Assembly: GCA_017530105.1 (NCBI GenBank)
Contig: JAFXMW010000108.1
Location: forward strand, 8,798 to 72,797
DNA: 64,000 nt
Origin: Bacteroidales bacterium
GTDB lineage: Bacteria; Bacteroidota; Bacteroidia; Bacteroidales; P3
Reading direction: 5' to 3'
In this document: positions 46,248 through 55,915 of the stretch, piece after piece
Layout: every line of letters begins with the position of its first letter
Numbering within the stretch: the first letter of the stretch is position 1
The notes under the pieces: model-generated
Seen by the model: the letters and a program-made list of their open reading frames with translations, nothing else
Database searches by the model: none
What the model was told of the DNA's origin: nothing
Program-made: the position numbers and the translations under genes

Positions 46248-48739
46248 AACCTTCAGAAATATCATCCGTTCTTCGAGGCTCCTCTGCCCATATCGCCGAC
46301 ACCGGCTGTGAGGTCGTGCAGCTTCTCACCGACAGCCGTCGCTCCGCCGACCTGCCACGTAGCCTCTTTTTTGCCATCCCCACCAAGCGCAATACAGGCT
46401 GTCGCTATGTCTACGACCTCTACACAAAGGGTGTTCGAAATTTTGTCGTCCCCAACAATGTCTCCGAGGAATACATGCGGCAGTTCACCCTCTGCACCGA
46501 AGCCAACTTCTGGTTCGTCAAGAATGTTGTCTTTGCCCTCCAGCAGATTGCCGCCCACCGTCGCAGCCTTTTCGACATTCCCGTCATAGGCATCACCGGC
46601 AGCAATGGCAAAACCATTGTCAAAGATTGGATTATTCAGCTCCTCTCCGAAGATTGCAAAACCGTATCCAGTCCCCGTAGCTACAACTCACAAATTGGCG
46701 TACCTCTCTCGGTGTGGCAAATGGAGGAAAGCGACGAGCTGGCAGTCTTCGAAGCGGGTATTTCAGAAGCCGGCGAGATGGAGAACCTCCGCCGCGTCAT
46801 CAACCCCACCATAGGCATCTTTACCAACATCGGTCAGGCTCACGACGAAAATTTCCTCAGCCGCAAGCAAAAGATAGCCGAGAAACTCCAACTCTTCACC
46901 CATTGCCAAGTCCTCATTTACTCCTCCGACCACAAGGACATCCATTCCGCTGTTTCCCAGCTCGAAAGTTTTCGTTCCGTACGTTGTTGCACCTGGGGCC
47001 ATGCCGATACCGACATGGTACAGATCCAGCAAGTCGAAACCCTTCTCGACAGTTCCCGCCTATCCCTTCTCATCAACGGCAGCCCCTCCACCGTCACCAT
47101 TCCCTTCACCGACCATGCATCAGTCGAAAATGCACTCCATTGCATCACCCTCCTCACCTATCTTGGCTATTCCCCCGACATCATAGCCCTCCGCTGTCTC
47201 CACTTGCAGCCCGTAGCCATGCGCCTCGAAATGAACGAGGCCTTGAATAACTCCTTGCTCGTCAACGACAGCTACAGCCTCGACCTCGACTCCCTTGCCA
47301 TTGCCCTCGATTTTGTTCAAAACGACCGTCAGCACAACAGCAAAGCCCTTATCATTAGCGACATACTCCAAGCCGGGTTGCCCGAAAGCGACCTCTATGC
47401 CCAAGTGGCCGACCTTGTTGCCAAACACGGCATCAATCGGTTCATAGGCATTGGCGAAGCCTTGGAACGCAACCGCCAGCTCTTCAATATGCCAGATGCA
47501 TATTTCTTCCCCACTACCGAGGAATGTATACGTCAGTTCGACTTCGACCTTTTCGACCACGAAACCATCCTCCTCAAGGGAGCGCGCCGTTTCCACTTCG
47601 AAGATATCGCCCGTCTCCTCCAGCGCAAATCCCACCAAACCATCATGGAGGTCAACCTTGACAATCTTGTCTCCAACCTCAACTACTACCGCTCTCTCAT
47701 CCAGCCTTCCACCCGTCTTATGGCCATGGTCAAAGCCGCCTCCTATGGTGCCGGCAAGGCCGAAGTGGCCAGTGTCCTGCAATACGCGCATGTCGACTAC
47801 CTCACCGTAGCCTATAGCGATGAGGGCGTTGACCTTCGCCGCAACGGTATCACACTCCCCATCATGGTCATGAACCCCGAAGAGGAAAGCTTCGACGACA
47901 TCATCCGCTATCGTCTTGAACCCGACATCTATAGTTTCCGCATTTTCGAACTCTTCTCCGATGCGGTACGCCTCATGGGCGACGGCAACCCCGTGCCTGT
48001 TCATGTCGAACTCGACACGGGAATGCACCGCCTTGGCTTTTCACAGACCGACCTCGCCGAAATTGCCAACCGCTTCAACAATCCCGAGTGCCCCCTGCGT
48101 GTCCAGTCCATCTTCTCTCACCTCGCCTGTGCCGACGACCCTGCAATGGACGATTTCACCCATACCCAGATTGACCGTTTCACCCGGTGGAGCGGCAGTC
48201 TTCGCAACGCTCTCCATACACAGGGCATCCTTTGCCACATCCTCAACTCCTCCGGCATCGAGCGTTTCCCCCAGGCTCAGATGGACATGGTGCGCCTTGG
48301 CATCGGCCTTTACGGTCTCTCGCCCCAGCCTTCCGTCCAACAGCATCTCAAGCCTGTCAGCACCCTCAAAACGCGTATCTCGCAGCTCAAGGACATTCCT
48401 GTCGGCGACAGTGTGGGCTACAACCGCCGTTGGGTGGCCTCTCGTCCCAGCCGCATTGCCATCATAGCCATTGGTTATGCCGACGGACTCAACCGTCACC
48501 TCGGCAATGGCAACGGCCGTGTGATTGTTGCCGGACAACAGGTGCCCATCATCGGTAGCGTCTGCATGGACATGTGTTTTCTCGACGTCACCGATGTTCC
48601 CTGTGCCGAAGGGGACGAAGTGACCTTTTTCGGCCCTGCCGACCTGTTGCAGCAACAAGCCGCCGCAGCAGGTACCATCCCCTACGAGATACTTACCTCA
48701 GTCTCTCCCCGTGTCAAACGCGTGTATTATCAGGAATGA
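46244..48739 (+). CDS. Bifunctional UDP-MurNAc-tripeptide--D-Ala-D-Ala ligase / alanine racemase (MurF-Alr fusion)
   Basis: Mur ligase P-loop IGITGSNGKT in the N-terminal half. The C-terminal half has the alanine racemase PLP-lysine block MAMVKAASYGAG and VCMDM. The only in-frame start near the 5' end is TTG 46244, overlapping the upstream stop. Confidence 0.85.
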   Translation: MKPSEISSVLRGSSAHIADTGCEVVQLLTDSRRSADLPRSLFFAIPTKRNTGCRYVYDLYTKGVRNFVVPNNVSEEYMRQFTLCTEANFWFVKNVVFALQQIAAHRRSLFDIPVIGITGSNGKTIVKDWIIQLLSEDCKTVSSPRSYNSQIGVPLSVWQMEESDELAVFEAGISEAGEMENLRRVINPTIGIFTNIGQAHDENFLSRKQKIAEKLQLFTHCQVLIYSSDHKDIHSAVSQLESFRSVRCCTWGHADTDMVQIQQVETLLDSSRLSLLINGSPSTVTIPFTDHASVENALHCITLLTYLGYSPDIIALRCLHLQPVAMRLEMNEALNNSLLVNDSYSLDLDSLAIALDFVQNDRQHNSKALIISDILQAGLPESDLYAQVADLVAKHGINRFIGIGEALERNRQLFNMPDAYFFPTTEECIRQFDFDLFDHETILLKGARRFHFEDIARLLQRKSHQTIMEVNLDNLVSNLNYYRSLIQPSTRLMAMVKAASYGAGKAEVASVLQYAHVDYLTVAYSDEGVDLRRNGITLPIMVMNPEEESFDDIIRYRLEPDIYSFRIFELFSDAVRLMGDGNPVPVHVELDTGMHRLGFSQTDLAEIANRFNNPECPLRVQSIFSHLACADDPAMDDFTHTQIDRFTRWSGSLRNALHTQGILCHILNSSGIERFPQAQMDMVRLGIGLYGLSPQPSVQQHLKPVSTLKTRISQLKDIPVGDSVGYNRRWVASRPSRIAIIAIGYADGLNRHLGNGNGRVIVAGQQVPIIGSVCMDMCFLDVTDVPCAEGDEVTFFGPADLLQQQAAAAGTIPYEILTSVSPRVKRVYYQE

Positions 48740-48765
48740 CAGGAGGACATATAAAGAATTGAAAG

Positions 48766-48790
48766 GGCTGCCGCAAGGCGGCTTTTTCTT
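48766..48790 (+). terminator. Weak intrinsic terminator after murF-alr
   Basis: GCCGC aag GCGGC (48770-48782) followed by TTTTT. Confidence 0.4.
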
Positions 48791-48837
48791 TGTCCATACC
48801 CATCGCCGTCCATTACCGTCCCCGTAGGGGACGGGGT

Positions 48838-48947
48838 GGGTTCGCTCGTTTGCCCTTTGTTCAGGGTTATTTCTCCCATATTTCTCCCATCCTATATGGG
48901 AGAAATATGGGAGAAATATGGGAGAACTGGTGGGGAAGTAGCGAAGG
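48838..48947. repeat. Decamer-palindrome element, copy 3
   Basis: gggttcgctcg ... ttctcccata x2, tcctata, tgggagaaata x3 ... gtagcgaag. Same orientation as copy 2. Confidence 0.9.
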
Positions 48948-49041
48948 TGGCGAGGAGGAAATGCCGGCGTTGCAGGTGGTTTTTTCCGGGTATGGAATAA
49001 TTGTTTTCGTTTTCTCTTTGCGATATGTGAAAAAAAATTAG

Positions 49042-49049
49042 TATTTTTG
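49042..49049 (+). promoter_or_regulatory. Candidate -7 box (TATTTTTG) for the hemerythrin-like gene
   Basis: Lies only 5 nt before ATG 49054, which favours the downstream ATGs at 49081/49087 as the real start. Confidence 0.4.
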
Positions 49050-49080
49050 CATTATGAAAAAAAGGTATTTTGTCGGGCGA

Positions 49081-49752
49081 ATGAAGATGGCAGACGTTGT
49101 GGCAGCCAATCATACATTGATTTTGGCGATGCCGAGGTTCGGCATTTCGCTGGGGTTCGGAGAACGTAGTGTGCAGGAGATTTGCGAGCAGTATGGGTTG
49201 CCGGTTGACTTTGTTCTGTTAATTTTCAATGTCTATACCTTTGATGATTATTTGCCCGACGGGGACGATTTGGAGCGGACCGATTTCAGTCCGTTGGTGC
49301 CTTATTTGGAGGCGTCGCACCGTTATTACCTTCAGGAGCGGCTGCCGCATATCGAGCGGCATTTGCTGCATGTGGCCGGGAGCGCGGGAGAGCGTTACGG
49401 GAGGGTGCTGAAGAGTTTCTTCGAGGACTACCGCAAGGAGGTGGTGGAGCATTTCGAGAGCGAGGAGCGCGAGGTGTTCCCTTATCTGCAGCGACTGAGG
49501 AGAGGCGAGCAGGTGGAGCGGCCCGTGTCGGAGCATTTTGCCGACAATCACTCGGATTTGGTCGACAAACTGGGCGATTTGACCCAGATTTTGTATAAGT
49601 ACATCCCTGGCGACAATTTTGCCGAGGAGTTGAATGAGCTGGTGTTTGCCATTATGCAGTTGAGCGCTGATTTGGAAAAGCACGCGGTGATTGAGGAGAA
49701 GATTCTGCTGCCGTATATCATGCAGCTGGAAAGGGGGCGCGATGAAGCCTAA
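49081..49752 (+). CDS. Hemerythrin-like (HHE cation-binding) di-iron protein with ScdA/DUF1858-like N-terminus
   Basis: Hemerythrin-type H...E...P blocks (EHFESEEREVFPYL; LEKHAVIEEKILLPYI; HRYYLQERLPHIERH). The alternative start at 49054 is given by the track. Confidence 0.6.
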   Translation: MKMADVVAANHTLILAMPRFGISLGFGERSVQEICEQYGLPVDFVLLIFNVYTFDDYLPDGDDLERTDFSPLVPYLEASHRYYLQERLPHIERHLLHVAGSAGERYGRVLKSFFEDYRKEVVEHFESEEREVFPYLQRLRRGEQVERPVSEHFADNHSDLVDKLGDLTQILYKYIPGDNFAEELNELVFAIMQLSADLEKHAVIEEKILLPYIMQLERGRDEA

Positions 49753-50320
49753 GGTGCAGGTGTTGGTTGCGGAGCCGTCGGACATGATTCGCGAGGGACT
49801 GAAGGCGTTGCTTGACGAGGACGAGTTTGTGTTCCAGGCACCGCTGAGGGAGTTGCCCGTTGATTTGCCGCAGAGGATAAGCCGCCAGCAGCCTGATGTG
49901 TTTATTCTTAATCCCACGTTGCTGAACACCCCGTCGAGGATGCAGCTGGTGAGTATCCAGCAGGCCAGGGTGAATATGGCTGTGGTGGCGTTGGTATACC
50001 AGTATATTGACCCGTCCGTGCTGCAGCAGTTCAGGACAGTGCTCGATGTGAGGGAGAAGGGGAGCAAGGTGGCGCAGTTGCTGCGCGAGAGTTGTCAGGC
50101 GGAGGTTGATGACGACGAGAGCTATGAGCTGAGCGAGCGTGAAACAGAGGTGCTGGTGTTGCTGGCCAAAGGAGGCAGCAGCAAAGAGATTGCCGATAAG
50201 TTGAATATCAGTGTGCACACGGTGAATACGCACCGCAAGAACATTACCCGCAAAACTGGCATAAAGTCGGTGGCGGGTTTGGCGGTGTATGCAATGCTGC
50301 ACAATCTGGTTGTGGGGTAG
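49742..50320 (+). CDS. LuxR-family transcriptional regulator with degenerate receiver-like N-terminal domain
   Basis: C-terminal HTH LSERETEVLVLLAKGGSSKEIADKLNISVHTVNTHRKNITRKTGI. The N-terminal ~120 aa have receiver-like beta/alpha spacing but lack the acidic pocket. ATG 49742 overlaps the upstream gene by 11 nt. Confidence 0.75.
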   Translation: MKPKVQVLVAEPSDMIREGLKALLDEDEFVFQAPLRELPVDLPQRISRQQPDVFILNPTLLNTPSRMQLVSIQQARVNMAVVALVYQYIDPSVLQQFRTVLDVREKGSKVAQLLRESCQAEVDDDESYELSERETEVLVLLAKGGSSKEIADKLNISVHTVNTHRKNITRKTGIKSVAGLAVYAMLHNLVVG

Positions 50321-50376
50321 AGTGGGGGGATAGAGATAAAAGTTATTTTAGAGTTGATAGATGAATTATAGATAAT

Positions 50377-51564
50377 ATGCAGGAAGATAAGGCTGAACGG
50401 TTGTGGAATGCCAATTACACAAAGGTATGGACGGCGAATTTTATGATATTCTTCTCGTTCATGCTTCTTACACCGTTGCTGCCTATTTACTTGAGCGAAC
50501 ATTTTGGCGCTGATAAGGACACCATTGGGTTGGTGCTGTTTGGATATGCGGTGATGGCTTTGGTGGCGAGGTTGTTCAGCGGTTATGTGGTGGACAGTTT
50601 CCCGAGGAAGATGGTGCTGCTGATTAGTTTCACTGTTTTCACGCTGTTTTTTGTGGGATATGTGGCGGCGGGCACGTTGATGCTTTTTGCCGCTGTGAGG
50701 ACTGTACACGGAATGCCTTTCGGGTTCACCACGGTGGCCAACAGTACGCTGGCTATCGATGTGCTGCCGTCGTCGCGTAGAACGGAGGGCATCGGCTTGT
50801 ATGGATTGAGTAATAACTTGGCTTCGGCCATTAGTCCGACAGTGGCGATTTGGATTTATACCACCACGCACAATTTTGACATTATCTTCTGGCTTGCCAT
50901 GGTCGTGGCTACGGTTGGGTTGCTGATAGACAGCACGGTGAAGACACGCCCGAGGGAACTGGTGAAGGGTAAGCAGCCCATTTCGCTCGACCGTTTCTTT
51001 TTGATGAAGGGAATGGGCGAGGCGTTGACGATGGTGTGCTTTGCCTTTTCGTATGGTGTGATGAGTACTTATGTGGCCATTTACGGCAAGGAGCGGCTGG
51101 GAATTGAAGGCGGCTCGGGCACTTTCTTCCTGTTGCTGTCGCTGGGATTGATTTTGTCGCGGTTGCAGGGTAACAAGGCGTTGCGTCAGGGCAGGATAAC
51201 GTACAATGCAGGGCTGGGAGTTTGTGTGTCGCTGTGCGGGTATCTGGTTTTCGCCGCTATGCCCAATCCTGTGGGATATTATGCCGCCGCGTTGATTATA
51301 GGACTTGGCAACGGCCACATGTATCCGGCTTACCAGAATATGTTTGTCAATTTGGCTCCGCACACGCAGCGGGGTACGGCGAACAGTTCGATATTGGTGG
51401 CGTGGGATGTGGGCGTTGGCTTGGGGATACTGCTTGGGGGTGTGTTGTGCGAGAATTGGGGCTACGGCTCGGCCTTCTGGGTCGCGTGGGCAGTGAACTT
51501 GATGGGTTTTGTGGGGTATTGGACTTATGTGAAGGGGCATTTCCTGAGGGAAAGGCTAAGGTGA
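50377..51564 (+). CDS. MFS transporter
   Basis: About 12 hydrophobic segments and a loop 2-3 motif-like GYVVDSFPRK. Confidence 0.75.
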   Translation: MQEDKAERLWNANYTKVWTANFMIFFSFMLLTPLLPIYLSEHFGADKDTIGLVLFGYAVMALVARLFSGYVVDSFPRKMVLLISFTVFTLFFVGYVAAGTLMLFAAVRTVHGMPFGFTTVANSTLAIDVLPSSRRTEGIGLYGLSNNLASAISPTVAIWIYTTTHNFDIIFWLAMVVATVGLLIDSTVKTRPRELVKGKQPISLDRFFLMKGMGEALTMVCFAFSYGVMSTYVAIYGKERLGIEGGSGTFFLLLSLGLILSRLQGNKALRQGRITYNAGLGVCVSLCGYLVFAAMPNPVGYYAAALIIGLGNGHMYPAYQNMFVNLAPHTQRGTANSSILVAWDVGVGLGILLGGVLCENWGYGSAFWVAWAVNLMGFVGYWTYVKGHFLRERLR

Positions 51565-51618
51565 GAAAGAATATGTAACAGAAAGAATAAAAGTAAATAA
51601 CAATAAAAACAGATTATT

Positions 51619-51963
51619 ATGGCACCGGAAGTTGTAGGCACTATTGCCGCTATTGTAATCCTCGTATCGTTTGTGTTGCGGGGTGAGATGAAAATCCGCC
51701 TGTTGAACATGGTGGGATTTGTGTTTTTTGTATGGTACAGTTTCATGATTTCCAATTTTGTGCTTGGGTTTATGGGGGTTGCAGTTGTGTTGGTGCACTG
51801 TGTGCAGGTGTGGCACATGATTAAGGAGTCGCGCACAAAGCGTGCCTTGGAGAAGGAGAAGGAACGGGCTGCCACGGCCGAGGCCAAGGTGGGGGAACAA
51901 GAGGTGCAGTTGCGCAGTTTGCTGGACGAGAAAAGCCGTCAGCAGCAACCTGATATTTATTGA
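51619..51963 (+). CDS. Small 3-TM membrane protein with C-terminal coiled-coil tail
   Basis: Three hydrophobic helices in the first ~70 aa, then a charged Glu/Lys/Ala-rich tail. The family is not recognised (topology is YgjV/SemiSWEET-like). Confidence 0.4.
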   Translation: MAPEVVGTIAAIVILVSFVLRGEMKIRLLNMVGFVFFVWYSFMISNFVLGFMGVAVVLVHCVQVWHMIKESRTKRALEKEKERAATAEAKVGEQEVQLRSLLDEKSRQQQPDIY

Positions 51964-51987
51964 TAACAAAATAAAAACCTTAGAGAT

Positions 51988-53445
51988 ATGCTTCGTAAGA
52001 TTAGAATTTTGCTTGGCGGTCTGTTTTTTGTGGCCGTGACCTTGTTGTTTTTGGACTTCACAGGAGTGCTTCATCTTTACCTGGGCTGGTTGGCCAAGAT
52101 ACAGTTGTTGCCTGCCGTGCTTGCATTGAATGTGGGTGTGGTGCTGTTTTTTGCAGTGGTGACACTGCTGGTGGGTCGCACTTATTGTTCGGTGATTTGT
52201 CCGATGGGTGTGATGCAGGATATTTTTATTTGGCTGGGAGGTAAATGCAAGAAGAACCGTTTCCATTATATGAAAGGGTTGCCGGTGTTGCGTGGCGTGA
52301 TGCTGGTGGTGTTTGTTTTGTTGATGGTGCTGGGGTTGAACGGCATAGCCATTTTGATAGCCCCTTACAGCGCCTACGGACGTATTGCCACCAATCTCTT
52401 CCAGCCCGTGTATATGTGGATTAACAACCTGTGTGCCTATTTCGCCGAGAGGGCAGGAAGCTATGCTTTTTACAGTGTGGATGTGTGGGTGAAAAGCGGT
52501 GTGACGCTGGTTGTGGCCGCTGTCACTTTTGTGGTGATAGGGTTCGTGTCGTTCCGCTGGGGCAGGCTGTGGTGCAACACTGTTTGCCCGGTGGGTACGG
52601 TATTGGGCTGCATCTCTAAGTTTGCAATTTTCCGCCCTGTGATTGATACAAACAAATGCAACGGTTGCGGCAAATGTGCCAAGAATTGCAAGGCAATGTG
52701 CATCAACCCAGAGACGCATACGATAGATATGTCACGCTGTGTGGCATGTATGGATTGTATTGAGAACTGCCACCAGAAGGCTATCCAGTATCGTAAGGGC
52801 AAGGCTGTTGTAAAGACTGACGATGTGGATGGGTCGCGCCGCAAGTTTGTGGCCGCCACAGCCGCTGTGGGTGCCGCTATGGCAGTGCAGGCACAGGAGA
52901 AGAAGGTTGACGGCGGGTTGGCAGTGCTGGTGGACAAGCAGTTGCCGGAACGTCAGGTGCCGCTGAAACCTTTCGGAGCCAAGAGTCTGAAGAATTTCTC
53001 CAGCCGTTGCACGGCTTGCCAGCTGTGTGTGAGCGAGTGTCCTCAGAAGGTGCTGCGCCCCTCGCAGAAACTGACGACAATGATGCAGCCTGAGATGGCC
53101 TTTGACAAAGGTTTCTGTCCGGCAGACTGCACCAAGTGCAGCCAGGTGTGCCCCACAGGTGCCATCAAGCCCATCACGCCCGAGGAGAAGAGCTCCATCA
53201 GTGTGGGTCATGCCGTTACAGTGGCGAAGAACTGCCTGCTGGCACAAGGAGTGGATTGCAACGCCTGTTCGCGTCATTGCCCTGCTGCAGCCATCAGCAT
53301 TGTGAATGACCCTGCAACGGGACACGGAGCCGTGGCCGTGAACGAACAACGCTGCATCGGATGTGGCGCCTGTGAGTACTATTGTCCGGTACGCCCCTTC
53401 AGCGCCATTTATGTGGAGGGTCGCGAGGTACATGTGAATGTGTAA
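51988..53445 (+). CDS. Membrane-anchored polyferredoxin (multiple 4Fe-4S cluster motifs)
   Basis: N-terminal transmembrane helices with a CSVICPMG motif, followed by at least six CxxCxxC(xxx)C(P) motifs (CNGCGKCAKNC, CVACMDCIENC, CTACQLCVSECP, CIGCGACEYYCP and others). Confidence 0.75.
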   Translation: MLRKIRILLGGLFFVAVTLLFLDFTGVLHLYLGWLAKIQLLPAVLALNVGVVLFFAVVTLLVGRTYCSVICPMGVMQDIFIWLGGKCKKNRFHYMKGLPVLRGVMLVVFVLLMVLGLNGIAILIAPYSAYGRIATNLFQPVYMWINNLCAYFAERAGSYAFYSVDVWVKSGVTLVVAAVTFVVIGFVSFRWGRLWCNTVCPVGTVLGCISKFAIFRPVIDTNKCNGCGKCAKNCKAMCINPETHTIDMSRCVACMDCIENCHQKAIQYRKGKAVVKTDDVDGSRRKFVAATAAVGAAMAVQAQEKKVDGGLAVLVDKQLPERQVPLKPFGAKSLKNFSSRCTACQLCVSECPQKVLRPSQKLTTMMQPEMAFDKGFCPADCTKCSQVCPTGAIKPITPEEKSSISVGHAVTVAKNCLLAQGVDCNACSRHCPAAAISIVNDPATGHGAVAVNEQRCIGCGACEYYCPVRPFSAIYVEGREVHVNV

Positions 53446-53510
53446 TTGCATTTTATTAAAAACAAAATACACAATAGCAAATAACATAACATTTTTAAAC
53501 TAAAAACACT

Positions 53511-54473
53511 ATGAGTAAATTATTAGATTCACTTAGCGTGGTAAAGACCTTCAAGTTTTGGAAGGAACTTATCATTATGACTTTGGGCATGTTTGTTACC
53601 GCCGCCGCAGTATACTATTTCTTGGTGCCCAGCAAGTTGATTATCGGCACCATCTCGGGTCTCTCGATTGTACTGAACAACATCTTCGAGGCCGCAGGCG
53701 TACACATCGGTCTGTCGGTCATCATTATGGCCATCAATGCCATCCTGCTGATACTGGCGTGGGTGTTGATAGGACATGAGTTTGGAGCCAAGACGGTTTA
53801 TACCGCCATGATTCTCGGTCCTCTTACCGACGTGTGGGACGCCATCCTCCCTTGGCAGAAGATTGCCAACGACAACCTGGTGACCGGCACCCCTTCGGTG
53901 ATGGGCGACCCGTGGCTGGACCTCTGCTGCTTCGTCCTGTTGCTGAGTGCCGCACAGGCATTGATGTTCAGCATCAACGCCTCGACAGGCGGACTGGACA
54001 TTCTGGCCAAGATTGTGAACAAGTATCTCCACTTCGACATTGGCACTTCGGTGAGCATCGCCGGCGCTGTCATCTGCTGCACGGCTTTCTTCATCAACCC
54101 CTTCCGTATGGTGGTCATCGGTCTCATCGGCACATGGATTAACGGACTGGTGGTGGATTACTTCACCGCATCGCTGAACAACCGCAAACGTGTCTGCATT
54201 GTGTCGAAGGACTACGACCGTATACGCCATTACATCATCGACGACCTGCATCGCGGCTGCACCCTCTACGAGGTGATTGGCGGCTATACCAACGAGCGCA
54301 GCATCGAGCTTGAAGTGCTTCTCACCAAAGACGAGTTCAGCAAACTGATGGCTTACCTGAGAGACAACGAAATCAATGCCTTCACTACTGCCGGCAATGT
54401 GAGCGAGGTGTATGGTCTGTGGACCAAGCACAGCAAGAAAAAGGCCATTAAGGAAAACGCCGAAACCAGATAG
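53511..54473 (+). CDS. YitT-family membrane protein (DUF2179 C-terminal domain)
   Basis: Five or six transmembrane helices with STGGLDI, and a C-terminal soluble domain (CTLYEVIGGYTNE). Confidence 0.7.
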   Translation: MSKLLDSLSVVKTFKFWKELIIMTLGMFVTAAAVYYFLVPSKLIIGTISGLSIVLNNIFEAAGVHIGLSVIIMAINAILLILAWVLIGHEFGAKTVYTAMILGPLTDVWDAILPWQKIANDNLVTGTPSVMGDPWLDLCCFVLLLSAAQALMFSINASTGGLDILAKIVNKYLHFDIGTSVSIAGAVICCTAFFINPFRMVVIGLIGTWINGLVVDYFTASLNNRKRVCIVSKDYDRIRHYIIDDLHRGCTLYEVIGGYTNERSIELEVLLTKDEFSKLMAYLRDNEINAFTTAGNVSEVYGLWTKHSKKKAIKENAETR

Positions 54474-54565
54474 GATGGTATTATGAAAGGGTAAATGTGA
54501 AAAAAGGTTTGTGTCTTTGCACATTTACTCTTTGACAGTGTCAAAAGCAAAATAAAAAGAACGAT

Positions 54566-55870
54566 ATGAGACTCAAACGATACAACAAGCGGTTTCTCCC
54601 CATGCTGTGGATAGGGCTTGGCCTGTGGCTGGGTTCGATGGCAGCGTTGTATATCCTTGAGAAGGCAGGTGTAAACCTGGATCAGCAGGATAACTTGATG
54701 CAAATGGGCAAAATAATGTTCCAAAGAATGCCCGTGTTTACGCTGTTGCTCCTATGCCTGTTACAACCCGTTTTCGAGGAAGTGAGCTTCCGCCTATGGG
54801 GTGTGGGCAAGAAGTGGGCATCGATAGTATGCATTTTCTTCATGGCCGTTTTCACTGTGAGTGAATGTGGATTGTGGGGCATTGTGCTTATTGCTGCATT
54901 CATTGCTGTGTGGTTAGGGGTGAAAGATAAGTTTGTGCAGACCTGGGTGCTTGCCGTCATTTCATCGCTGGCGTTTATGCTGTGTCATATTTCCGGATTC
55001 GGCAGTTTCTCGCTGGGAACGGTCTTGGGTCTCACCGATATTTTGGGCATGGCTTTGGTGTGCTGCTGGCTGACGATAAACATCAGTTTCTGGTTCTCAT
55101 GCCTGCTGCATGTGCTTAACAACTCCTTGGCCATTATTTTGCCTATGATTCTGTTGAGCGACCCCGTGGAAGGGAAACTGAGTGTCTCCATGGGTAATAA
55201 TCCTGCCGAATTGGCATACAAGACGGTGATAGAGCCGTTAAATCCTCTTGCAGACAACACCGAATTGTTGAATGGAGCCACAAAACTGTGGCAACTTGAC
55301 TCTTCCTGCACTGAATTCTATTTGGTCGGGGAGCCCGTCGAGATAGCATGTCAGCTTGCAAGGCAGGCGAAAGAAACATGTGCCGATGTGTTATTCGATT
55401 GGGTGTCGCGAAACGAAAGTCTGGAAGAAAGAGTGATTCTACGAGTGACCGACATCAACCCGTCGTTGTTCCACAGCAAAGTTGACCTCTACGAGCATTG
55501 TTTGTATGAGATAGATTCTTATCTTGATGGTACGCTGGTGCTCGACACCTCGGAGGTAATGCTGAAAGAGATATGGCTTGTCTACAACGATGGCCGCGAG
55601 GAGTTGTTGACCGACACCTGCAAGTATCTTGACGAAGTGTGGTCGGCAATTATGGTTAAAAATCCTTTGATGAGAGGCAATGAAATTGTAACCTTCTTTG
55701 AGGAGGTGAACGACAGCGTTGTGGAATATCGGTACTATTACCGTCAGCGTGAAGGTAATTCATTTAATGAATTGAGCAAATTGAGCTCTCTCTTGAACGG
55801 GATAGGCCTTTCGGGTTACAGAATTGACTATCGCGATGGCCGCAAGGTGAAATGTATCACATTGCGCTAA
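54566..55870 (+). CDS. CPBP-family (CAAX/Abi) intramembrane protease fused to a ~220-aa C-terminal domain of unknown function
   Basis: All three CPBP motifs are present: FEEVSFRLWG (EExxxR), AFMLCH (FxxxH) and LHVLNN (HxxxN). The soluble tail from about residue 210 has no motif I recognise. Confidence 0.65.
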   Translation: MRLKRYNKRFLPMLWIGLGLWLGSMAALYILEKAGVNLDQQDNLMQMGKIMFQRMPVFTLLLLCLLQPVFEEVSFRLWGVGKKWASIVCIFFMAVFTVSECGLWGIVLIAAFIAVWLGVKDKFVQTWVLAVISSLAFMLCHISGFGSFSLGTVLGLTDILGMALVCCWLTINISFWFSCLLHVLNNSLAIILPMILLSDPVEGKLSVSMGNNPAELAYKTVIEPLNPLADNTELLNGATKLWQLDSSCTEFYLVGEPVEIACQLARQAKETCADVLFDWVSRNESLEERVILRVTDINPSLFHSKVDLYEHCLYEIDSYLDGTLVLDTSEVMLKEIWLVYNDGREELLTDTCKYLDEVWSAIMVKNPLMRGNEIVTFFEEVNDSVVEYRYYYRQREGNSFNELSKLSSLLNGIGLSGYRIDYRDGRKVKCITLR

Positions 55871-55915
55871 TATTTTTTGGAGTTAATGGAGTAAGAATTA
55901 ATAAGAACAATACCA

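Noticed and set aside
50122-52719. Two long minus-strand ORFs (472 aa and 387 aa) over the MFS, small membrane and polyferredoxin genes
   Set aside because: Both are antisense to genes with coherent transmembrane patterns and Fe-S motifs. The products are His/Gln/Arg-rich and lack structure. The cause is the same codon-bias artefact.
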